A stretch of DNA of 64,000 nucleotides. Origin: Neocallimastix sp. 'constans' (lineage: Eukaryota). The notes under the pieces are model-generated. The model was not told the DNA's origin. It did no database searches and was given only the letters and a program-made list of their open reading frames with translations. The DNA lies in assembly GCA_050613775.1 (NCBI GenBank), contig JBODTK010000012.1, positions 1,178,001 to 1,242,000 of the forward strand, in the 5' to 3' direction. Shown here piece after piece: positions 42,615 through 54,954 of this stretch (position 1 is the first letter of the stretch; each line of letters starts with the position of its first letter). Made by a program: the position numbers and the translations under genes.

Positions 42615-43195
42615 AATAAATAAATAAAATAAAAAATTAGAAAAATAAAAAAATTAGAAAAAATAAAAAAATAAAATAAAAAAATTAGAAAAATAAAAAA
42701 ATTAAAAAAAATAAAATAAAAAATTAGAAAAATAAAAAAATTAGAAAAAATAAAAAAATAAAATAAAAAAATTAGAAAAATAAAAAAATTAGAAAAAATA
42801 AAAAAATAAAATAAAAAAATTAGAAAAATAAAAAAATTAGAAAAAATAAAAAAATAAAATAAAAAAATTAGAAAAATAAAAAAATTAGAAAAAATAAAAA
42901 AATAAAATAAAAAAATTAGAAAAATAAAAAAATTAGAAAAAATAAAAAAATTAGAAAAAATAAAAAAATAAAATAAAAAAATTAGAAAAATAAAAAAATT
43001 AGAAAAAATAAAAAAATAAAATAAAAAAATTAGAAAAATAAAAAAATTAGAAAAAATAAAAAAATAAAATAAAAAAATTAGAAAAATAATAAAATTAGAA
43101 AAAATAAAAAAATAAAATAAAAAAATTAGAAAAATAAAAAAATTAGAAAAAATAAAAAAATAAAATAAAAAAATTAGAAAAATAAAAAAAATTAT
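42615..43195. repeat. A-rich minisatellite (ATTAGAAAAATAAAAAA-based higher-order unit)
   Basis: Direct reading; it generates the spurious Phe-rich ORF 42599-43201. Confidence 0.9.
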
Positions 43196-43295
43196 ATACA
43201 TATTATAATATTGATATTATTTTTTTTTTAATTCTTTTAAACTTTTATTATTGCTCTTCTATTTAATAAATTATTAAATTTTTTTTTTTTTTTTT

Positions 43296-43327
<32 letters not shown>

Positions 43328-43499
43328 ATTATAAAAAACATGAAGAGTATATAGAAATATAATTTTCATATTTTTTAAAAGATTAACAAATTATAAGTAT
43401 TAAATATTTAATAAAATTTTTAATATAAATATAATATATAATTAATGTAAAAAATAATTAATTCCAACATGGTAAAATAATTACAAACGTTAAGTTTTA

Positions 43500-44725
43500 A
43501 ATAAATAAAAAGGTGTATTACCCTAAATATTTTCTTTATTTACATTATCCCCAACTTCAAATAAAAGTTTAGTAATATTTCCATATAATATTTTATATGT
43601 ATATATTAAAGACTTTTAATATTTTTTTTATCCATTTTACATGCCAATAAAGAGTGAATTATTACATTTGTCTTCTTTACTTATATACGTTTTATTTTCA
43701 ATAAAAAATTTAATAATGTTTTCCTGTCCATTTTTTTAGCTAATATTAAATGTGCTCCACCTTTTATATATTCTTTATTTGCATTAGCACAATTTTTTGT
43801 ATAAAAGTTTAATAACAATCTTTTCATTTATTATTTTTTGAAACTCATAATAAAGGTGTATCTCCATACTTGTTTTCTTTATTACCATTTTCAATTAAAA
43901 GTTTGGTAATAAAATGATATCCCTTTTCCTATAAGTCAATATTAAAGAAGTTTTATTTTTTTTTTAATTTTTTCTTCATTTATATTAGAACCATTTTTAA
44001 TTAAAGATTTAAAGATATTTTTATATCTTTTTTTGGACATATATGGATTAATGATGTATCCATATCCTTATTTTCTTTATTCATATTTTTCGCCTTTTCA
44101 ATTAAAAGCTGTACAGTATTTTCATATTGTTTTTTTTATATTCAAATAAACAACGGTAAATCACCATTTCTATTTTCTTTATTAATATCAGCTTCTTTTT
44201 CAATTATAAGTTCAACAATATCTCCATATCTTTTTCCATGTACTATATTTCCATATTTATTTTATTTTATTTTATTTTATTTTATTTTTCACTGATATCA
44301 ATTCCCTTTTCGATTAAAAGTTTAACTAATTTTTATAGTCAAATTCCTTTTCAAATATCCAAAATAGTGGTATTTCATCATTTTTAATTTCCTTTTTAAT
44401 ATTTGCTCCCTATTCAATTAAAAAATTTAACAATATTTTCATGTCCATTTTTACATGCTAATGTTATAGGTGTATTTTCATATTCTTTTGTACATACAAA
44501 CAAAGATTAATGGGGCATCTCCATCTTTATTTTCTTTATTAATATTAGTAACATTTTTAATTAAGAGTTTTACAATATTTCCATACCCTACTTTACATAC
44601 ATATATTAACGGTACCTCTAAATCTTTATTTTCTTTATTTAAATCTGTTCTTTTTTTCAATTTTAAGTTTTACAATATCTTCAAATCTTTTTTTTTATTT
44701 TAGCACTATGAACAACTTAACCATT
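43500..44725 (-). pseudogene. Ankyrin-repeat protein pseudogene
   Basis: PLIYVCKVGYGNIVKLLIKNVTNINKENKDGDAPLIFVC plus many frameshifted KLLIE.G..INKENK.G.TPL units across ~1.2 kb. Confidence 0.85.
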
Positions 44726-45137
44726 TTCATACTATTTACCTTTTTTATTTATATTTTTATTTATATTTTTATTTTTATTTTTTATTTTTATTTTTATTTT
44801 AATTTTTTTATTTTTTGAATGATTACTTTTATATTATCAAAAGAATGAAAAAAATAAGAAATTTAATATCAATTGAATTTTCTTAATATTTTAATAATTC
44901 ATTTTCTCTATCAATGATAATAAAAATATAGTGAATCTTTATTATTTTATTAATTGTTTATTATATATTCTATATAAAGCACTATTGCAAAATTGATATT
45001 CCTAAATTAGTATTTAATAAATACGTTTTCTAGTATTACATATATTTCATTTTAATAGTAAAAATATGTAACAATATTGTCATATTATTACATATTAAAA
45101 TAATAATTATAATAATAATAATAATAATAATAATAAT

Positions 45138-45169
<32 letters not shown>

Positions 45170-45290
45170 ATTATTATTATAAATTTTTAGTATATTAAAA
45201 AAATAAATAAATTGCAATATTTCATAATAATCAAGGATATTACTTTTAATGTTAAATATGTTTAATAAAAGTTTGTTTTTTAAATTATTT

Positions 45291-45602
<312 letters not shown>

Positions 45603-45917
45603 ATTGATTATAATTATTATTTATTAAAAACAATTTAAAAAACAAAGTATACAAAATACTGTATTACTATTTTAATGTTATTATTAAATTAGTTATTTTC
45701 TTATCAGATCCTCCCCGATACTGGACAAATTTGATTCATACAATATGGACAATACATACAATTGGTTTTTTCTTGCTTTGTATTTGCATTTACATCCTCT
45801 ACCCTTAAGATAGCACTTTTGAGGTATCACGATGAAGTAATATATGAGAAAAGGTGTTACTTAATAATAAAATAAGCTATAAAGTTAATAAAAAAATTTT
45901 AAATAAAATATTTTTTC

Positions 45918-48403
45918 TTATTTTATTTTATTTTATTTTATTTTATTTTATTTTATTTTATTTTATTTTATTTTATTTTATTTTATTTTATTTTATTTTA
46001 TTTTATTTTATTTTATTTTATTTTATTTTATTTTATTTTATTTTATTTTATTTTATTTTATTCAATCTGTACTTTATATTCATATTCTACTATTTATTTT
46101 ATTTTATTTTATTCAATCTGTACTTTATATTCATATTCTACTATTTATTTTATTTTATTTTATTCAATCTGTACTTTATATTTATATTCTACTATTTATT
46201 TTATTTTATTTTATTTTATTTTATTCAATCTGTACTTTATATTTAATATTCTACTATTTATTTTATTTTATTCAATCTGTACTTTATATTTAATATTCTA
46301 CTATTTATTTTATTTTATTCAATCTGTACTTTATATTTAATATTCTACTATTTATTTTATTTTATTCAATCTGTACTTTATATTTAATATTCTACTATTT
46401 ATTTTATTTTATTCAATCTGTACTTTATATTTAATATTCTACTATTTATTTTATTTTATTTTATTCAATCTGTACTTTATATTTAATATTCTACTATTTA
46501 TTTTATTTTATTTTATTCAATCTGTACTTTATATTTAATATTCTACTATTTATTTTATTTTATTCAATCTGTACTTTATATTTAATATTCTACTATTTAT
46601 TTTATTTTATTCAATCTGTACTTTATATTTAATATTCTACTATTTATTTTATTTTATTCAATCTGTACTTTATATTTAATATTCTACTATTTATTTTATT
46701 TTATTCAATCTGTACTTTATATTTAATATTCTACTATTTATTTTATTTTATTCAATCTGTACTTTATATTTAATATTCTACTATTTATTTTATTTTATTC
46801 AATCTGTACTTTATATTTAATATTCTACTATTTATTTTATTTTATTCAATCTGTACTTTATATTTAATATTCTACTATTTATTTTATTTTATTCAATCTG
46901 TACTTTATATTTAATATTCTACTATTTATTTTATTTTATTCAATCTGTACTTTATATTTAATATTCTACTATTTATTTTATTTTATTTTATTCAATCTGT
47001 ACTTTATATTTAATATTCTACTATTTATTTTATTTTATTTTATTCAATCTGTACTTTATATTTAATATTCTACTATTTATTTTATTTTATTCAATCTGTA
47101 CTTTATATTTAATATTCTACTATTTATTTTATTTTATTTTATTCAATCTGTACTTTATATTTAATATTCTACTATTTATTTTATTTTATTCAATCTGTAC
47201 TTTATATTTAATATTCTACTATTTATTTTATTTTATTCAATCTGTACTTTATATTTAATATTCTACTATTTATTTTATTTTATTCAATCTGTACTTTATA
47301 TTTAATATTCTACTATTTATTTTATTTTATTCAATCTGTACTTTATATTTAATATTCTACTATTTATTTTATTTTATTCAATCTGTACTTTATATTTAAT
47401 ATTCTACTATTTATTTTATTTTATTCAATCTGTACTTTATATTTAATATTCTACTATTTATTTTATTTTATTTTATTCAATCTGTACTTTATATTTAATA
47501 TTCTACTATTTATTTTATTTTATTTTATTCAATCTGTACTTTATATTTAATATTCTACTATTTATTTTATTTTATTCAATCTGTACTTTATATTTAATAT
47601 TCTACTATTTATTTTATTTTATTCAATCTGTACTTTATATTTAATATTCTACTATTTATTTTATTTTATTTTATTCAATCTGTACTTTATATTTAATATT
47701 CTACTATTTATTTTATTTTATTCAATCTGTACTTTATATTTAATATTCTACTATTTATTTTATTTTATTCAATCTGTACTTTATATTTAATATTCTACTA
47801 TTTATTTTATTTTATTTTATTCAATCTGTACTTTATATTTAATATTCTACTATTTATTTTATTTTATTCAATCTGTACTTTATATTTAATATTCTACTAT
47901 TTATTTTATTTTATTCAATCTGTACTTTATATTTAATATTCTACTATTTATTTTATTTTATTCAATCTGTACTTTATATTTAATATTCTACTATTTATTT
48001 TATTTTATTTTATTCAATCTGTACTTTATATTTAATATTCTACTATTTATTTTATTTTATTCAATCTGTACTTTATATTTAATATTCTACTATTTATTTT
48101 ATTTTATTCAATCTGTACTTTATATTTAATATTCTACTATTTATTTTATTTTATTCAATCTGTACTTTATATTTAATATTCTACTATTTATTTTATTTTA
48201 TTCAATCTGTACTTTATATTTAATATTCTACTATTTATTTTATTTTATTTTATTCAATCTGTACTTTATATTTAATATTCTACTATTTATTTTATTTTAT
48301 TTTATTCAATCTGTACTTTATATTTAATATTCTACTATTTATTTTATTTTATTCAATCTGTACTTTATATTTAATATTCTACTATTTATTTTATTTTATT
48401 TTA
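45918..48403. repeat. (TTTTA)n tract grading into a ~2.3-kb homogeneous 47/52-bp minisatellite
   Basis: Unit CAATCTGTACTTTATATTTAATATTCTACTATTTATTTTATTTTATT(TTATT), roughly 47 copies from 46063. Confidence 0.95.
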
Positions 48404-48490
48404 TATACTTATATTATAAAATTCATTATTTATTTATTTATTTATTTATACATTTATTTTTTTTTACATATAATTATATTAAAATTTTTT

Positions 48491-48980
48491 ATGGCGTTAG
48501 CAAAAAATTTTACAAGCCATTAAAAATAAATGACGTATTGATCAGACATTTAAAAGATTATTTTCTTGGAACTTGATAATCGATGATGTTAAAAGGAGAA
48601 GAATGATTGAGAAGTTTATTAAATAGTTTTTTATTTCCTAATGTCGAAGAAGATGGATATAAAATTAAAGATGTTATAGAAATTAGAAATGAGAAAGAAT
48701 ATTTAGGTAGTGAAAATGCTGGAGGAAAATTATCATTTGATGTTACATACAGGTGTATTTGTTGGAAAGGCGAAAGAAAAGAAGAAGGAGAAGAAGGAGA
48801 AGAAGGAATATTTGATGTTGAAATGCAAACAAGTTATGAAAGTGATTTTGTAGTTCGATTATTAGAATATGGATTTGGTTTAAGATATGACGGAATAAAA
48901 ATCAAGGAAAATGAAAATAAACAAGATCAAAATGGAGAAGAAAATAAAGAGGAAAAACAAAAAAAAAAAAAAAAGATAAG

Positions 48981-49032
<52 letters not shown>

Positions 49033-49620
49033 AAACCTGTTAAATTATTATCCTTTTTAAATTATGATTATTATGATACTAATAGCATTAATAATAAATC
49101 TTATAAAATTGTAATAGCATTGTAAGATCTAAGTGAAAATATAATTGAAACTTTAAAAAATCCACCAGTTGAAGTTTATGCTATAAATTTATCATATGAA
49201 ATTAAAAAATTATCAAATAATAAACCACTAATATTCAATAAAAAGAAATTAGACAAAACTAGAGTAGAATGGATAAAGTTGTTAGGTTTAAGACATTGGA
49301 CTACTAGAAATGAACATACGTTGTATCACAAATATATCATATCATTCCAAAAAAATACAGGAGATAGTATTATCCAGTCAGCTATTAGAATTCTTGAAAT
49401 GATTAATGAAAGAGATCTTAAAGAATTTATTAAAAACAAATCTATATTATTACGTCAAATTAAAGGAGCAGAAGAAGAAGGAAATAAAAAAAAGAAAATA
49501 TAAAGTTTGTGAAATAATGTTAAATAATAATGAAGATATGGAACGTATTGTAAAGTATGCAAGAACTCACCATTGAAGAAATTACCCAATATCAAGAATC
49601 TTTAAAAAGAAGGAGATTAA
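48491..49620 (+). pseudogene. Rpn/YhgA-like PD-(D/E)XK nuclease (PDDEXK_2-type) pseudogene
   Basis: IDQTFKRLF...RSLLNSFL...KLSFDVTYRC...IFDVEMQTSYESDFVVRLLEYG...KPVKLLSFLNYD...EWIKLL follows the Rpn pattern D..FK..F / LLN / D.. / (I)DVEMQ / R...Y. Disrupted by stops, frameshifts and a poly-A expansion. Confidence 0.7.
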
Positions 49621-51392
49621 ATTATGTTATTATTATTTTATTTTATTCTAATATATAGTATTTTAATTAATTACATATATTATTTAATTAGGGTTATTAA
49701 TTAAAAAAGTATAAGTAAAAAAAAAAACTCGTTCGTCTATTAAAATAAGTAGTAGTTGAATATATATTTAATAATTTATTAATAGTATTTATAAATAATA
49801 ATCTTATTAATATATTGTTTTATTAATAACACTAATAATAATAATAATAATAATAATAATTTTTGTATATATCTTTTAATTTATTATAATTAAATAAGAA
49901 TATAAGTGTTTTAATAATTTAAATTGGGTTCTAAACTTTTATTGATATTCTAAAGATAGTAAGTGTCCAAAAAAAATTGTAATAATTTTAAAAATAAATA
50001 ATAGTGGTGGTGAAGCAACCTCTTCTATTATTATTTTATTATATAATAATTATTTATATAATTTAATTTTATAAAATAATTTATATAATTTTAGAAATAA
50101 AAAAAAAAATTTTTTTATATATTCAGTAAATACAATATATATTTTGAATTAAATGAATGTAATAATATAATTAAATAAATAAATAGGTTAAAAAACCTTT
50201 TTCAAAAAACCCTTTTTTTTTTTTATCTAAATTTAAAAAACTTCTTATTTTTATTTTTGAAAAGAACATTGAATACTAATTGGTTTAACATTTCAAATAT
50301 TTGAAATATATTAAAAAATAATAAAATAAAATAAAATAGAATAATGTAAAAAATACATCATCCAATAATTGGCATCCATATATTAAAAAAAAATAATAAT
50401 AAATAATAATAAATAATAATAAATAATAATAAATAATAATAAATAATAATAAATAATAATAAATAATAAAAATAAAAATAACCATCGATTTACCGATTAA
50501 TTAATGAACCATTAATTTTTTGTTGTATTTTAAAAAGCGGTCATCAAATGAATTTTAATTTTAATTTTAATTTTAATTATTATTATTATTATGACTATTA
50601 ATTTATTAATTAAATATTATTAAACATTATAAAACATTATAGAATATATTAAAGTAGAAACTATTATATATAGATTAATAAATGATATTATTAACTATAT
50701 ATAAAAACTATTTATAAAAAAAGAGAATTAAAAAAAAAAAATTTTTTTTTATTAATTTATAAGACTTTTTTTTATATTTTAAACTATATAATAAATAACT
50801 ACATTTTTTTTTTATTTATTTAAAAAACAGTACATATGAAATAAATATATAAAAATAAAAATCAATGGGGAAAAATTATATCAATATATAAGTAAATAGA
50901 TGAATTACCAAAAATAAAAATAAATATTAAATTAGAAGATACTTTTACGAAAAATAAAAATAAGAAGTCATTATTTTAATTTAAGAAAAAAATATACTTG
51001 GAAAAAAAAAAAAAAAGATAATGAATGGAAAAATTAAAGAGGTAATAAAATGGATTGGTTTGGTTTTTAGAATATACTATAATTAAATGATAAATATTAA
51101 TAATTTTATATTATATATAAATATTTATTTTCATTTGTTCATAAAAAATTATATACTATTTTAATATAAATTCTATTAAACGTAGCCCTATCTAATTAAT
51201 AAATAAATTTATTAAAAAGAAGAAATTTAAAAATAATAATAATAATAAATAATAATAATAATAATAATAATAAAAAGAAGTATATGTAAAGCTTTATAAT
51301 TCTTTAATAACAATAAAACCGTTATTTCAAATCAAATATAACATTAAAAAAAAAAAATAAAATAAAATATTTAAACAAAAAATAGCAATAAA

Positions 51393-51719
51393 ATGTATAG
51401 AATCAATAACCATAATATTATAAAATGTTTTATATTTTTAGTAATTTTTATACTAAAAGTTGCTACAAAATATATTGATGATGAAATTGGAATTAAATAT
51501 AAAAATCCATTCTTTGAAAATTACAATTATACTGAAATTTCAAATAATAATACAATATTCTATGATTATTACTCATATAATATATTTGACAAAATTGATT
51601 ATTCATATTTATTCCCAATATTTATTTTTGTATGTTTTTTAGCGGGAATGAGATTTTTAATAAGTACTATTAAAAAACAGATAAAAGAAGAAATAAGAAG
51701 TGATTATTTACTTTTATAA
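51393..51719 (+). CDS. Small hypothetical membrane protein
   Basis: 108-aa ORF with an N-terminal hydrophobic segment, NxT sequons, a second TM (YLFPIFIFVCFLAGMRFLI) and a basic tail; no family recognised. Confidence 0.4.
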   Translation: MYRINNHNIIKCFIFLVIFILKVATKYIDDEIGIKYKNPFFENYNYTEISNNNTIFYDYYSYNIFDKIDYSYLFPIFIFVCFLAGMRFLISTIKKQIKEEIRSDYLLL

Positions 51720-52305
51720 TATTACAACTCTAAAAACATATATATCAAGGACCTCATATATTCATTTTTATGATCAATTAAATCATTATTTGTATATAAA
51801 TATTCAATATATTAATGACAGGTGTAAAATTATAAATAGAATACTGGTATTTTTTTTTTTTTTTTGGTAAATGCCATTATAAAAATATTAATATGTATAT
51901 ATGTAGATATATGTAGATATATTTTTAATATATATTTATTAATACATAATATGTAAAATATTTAGAATTTTTTTTTTTTTTAATTGTTTATTGTATTTAA
52001 TTTAAGATAAAACACTAAAGTTTAATATGTTTATTATACCAACGATATATATATGTATCTTATTTTACAAAAAGTACTTTTAAAATTGTAATTAAAATAA
52101 ATAAATAAATAAATAAATAGATAAATAAATAATTGAAATTTTAAAAATTAAAATAGAATTTAATTTTTAAAAAAGTTAATTTTATAGATTAATTATTAAA
52201 TGTTTTATTATATAGTAATGGTAAAAAACTGAAATTTTAATATAATAAATTGATTATATATAAAATATATGTATGTTAATTAAAATAAATATTTGAAACC
52301 AATAA

Positions 52306-52580
52306 AACCATTTGCGTGACCATCATTGGATCACGTGTCAGAACAAATTTCCTAATTTGACAAAGGTAAGAATAATGTTATAGTATGCTGTTGTGGCTTA
52401 CCGTATTCAATATCTCCAAATCTTGCGGATCTGTAATTCGACTGAGAAAGTCGACGCAGAAATGGTTAGACCTAGGAGCACTTTATGTGGTCATTCTAAT
52501 ACAACCCCGCTATAAAGTTTGTCTGATATTAAATGTCTGTTGTGGCTAGGATAACATAATATGATCAAGACTTAAAGTCT
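52306..52580. ncRNA. Unassigned structured ncRNA candidate
   Basis: GC-enriched island with no ORF in the track, seven or more complementary stem pairs and a duplicated CTGTTGTGGCT motif; strand unknown. Confidence 0.55.
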
Positions 52581-53186
52581 AAAAAAAAAAAAAATAAAAA
52601 GCCCATTTATTTACTTTGGAAAATTTTAGTTTTAATTTAAATGAACCAAGGTTAATAATAATATTTGGGAATAATAATGGAAAAATTATTATATATATAA
52701 TTATATATAATTATATATATACATATATATTTATTATTTTTTTTTTTAAAATAAAGTTTTATAATACAAAAAAAAAAAAAAAAAAAATAGATATAATTTA
52801 TTAATAGTTTAACTAATAAAAAAAAAAGAAAGAAATATTTAATATATTTAATAATACTGATAATTTATTATTAACATTAAACAGTTTAGTATTTAGTATA
52901 AAATAATATTATATTATTTAAATATTTTTAAATTTTTAATAAATATTTATTTAGTAGCTTATCATCATCCTAATATATATAATATATTAAAATTATTAAC
53001 AACTTTTAATATCCACTGGAAGAAAACTAATATCAATTATAATAATAAATTAATAATTAAAAATTATAAAATTAAAATATTCTTATTAATATATATTAAT
53101 ATAAGCAGTAATAACAATTAAACATTATAAATACTTAAAAACATTAATAGTAATAATAATTAATGATAATAATAACAATTGAAAAA

Positions 53187-53218
<32 letters not shown>

Positions 53219-53518
53219 CCTATTATAAAAAATAAAAAAATTATTTATTCAATTTTTTTTTTTTTTTTTAAATATAATTATTTTTATTTATTTATTTTAA
53301 TGATAAAAAAAATTATTTATAAATATTAAATATTTAATGATGATTTTATTTTATTAAAAAAAAAAAAAAAAAAAATAAAAAAAATAAAAAAAATTATATT
53401 ATATATATTATTATTATATCTATTTATAAAAATATATATATATATAAATTTTTTTATTTTTTTATTTTTTTTTTTATGTAAGGTATTTTCAAAAAAAAAA
53501 AATTTTTTTTTTTCTTTT

Positions 53519-53550
<32 letters not shown>

Positions 53551-53809
53551 TTTCTTTCTTTTCTTTCTTTCTATCGTTTATTTTTATTTTTTTTTTTTTA
53601 AATTGTTTAAAATTTAGTTTCGGTTAATACATATATATATATAAATATACATTTTAATTATAATTCTTAAAAATTATAATTTTCAATTTCTATAAAAAAA
53701 AAATTTTTTTTTTTAATTTTAAATATAATAACTATTTGACTCTATAGATTGTTTATATTATTTTATAATTTTATTTTTAAATATATATTTTTTTTTATTT
53801 TATATTTTT

Positions 53810-53853
<44 letters not shown>

Positions 53854-54107
53854 TATTATTTTAATAATTGTTTTGTTGTATCTAGTTTGACTATTTTTTA
53901 ATTATTATTATTATTTTATTTTAAATAATTTTTTATTTTTTAAATTTTTTTTATATATTTATATATATATTTATATGTTAATATTTATTTATTTATTTTT
54001 TTCCTTTTTCCTTTTTCCTTTTTTTTTTTTTTATTTTTTTTATTTATATAGTTTAAATTATTGTTATTTTAATATTTTCAAATGAATAAGAATAATATAT
54101 TTTATTA

Positions 54108-54140
<33 letters not shown>

Positions 54141-54217
54141 AAAAAAAAAGAAAAAAGAAAAAAAAAAAAAGGTACTATATATGCATTAAAAAAAAATTAA
54201 GTATTTAAGGGATATGT

Positions 54218-54274
<57 letters not shown>

Positions 54275-54560
54275 CTTATTCTTCTTTGAAACGAAAATTA
54301 TATTATATATATAAAAAGTATTAATTTTCATAAATAAACATATTAGTGTAAATACAAAATTGTGTAAAAATTTAAATAAAAAAACGATTTTTTTTTCCAA
54401 ATTATTATGAAAATTATTTACAAATGATTTCATTTAAATATAAACTAGAACAGTTTATAATTTTTTTTTTTTTTTTTTTTTGATTTTAAAATATTATTCC
54501 ATTTTTTAATATAAATTAATATATATATATACAATATTATGAATAATTGAATATTCTCTT

Positions 54561-54894
54561 TTATTCCTTAGAAATTAAAAGATCAACCCAATTCATAATA
54601 TTATTTTGAATTTGTTTCATATCAAAAATATGGAAATATTTTAATAATTCTTCTAGTTCATCTAAATGATCCATTGAATAATTTTCATAATAATCATTTA
54701 TACTTGTTCCATGCTGATAATAATCAGCCATTTCTAGAGCTTTAACTACCTTTTCATCCAAATTTGGATTTATTCTTTCAATAGTTTCTAATAAAGCTTT
54801 ATTACGAATTTTTATATTTACATCAAGATTATTACGAAGAATATTTATAATTGATGCTTGTGAATTAATAGTATTAGATAAATCTTTATAAGTA

Positions 54895-54954
<60 letters not shown>

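Noticed and set aside
46063..48403. CRISPR-like array
   Set aside because: Intervening sequences are only TTTTA length variants, not unique spacers; no cas genes; eukaryotic context.
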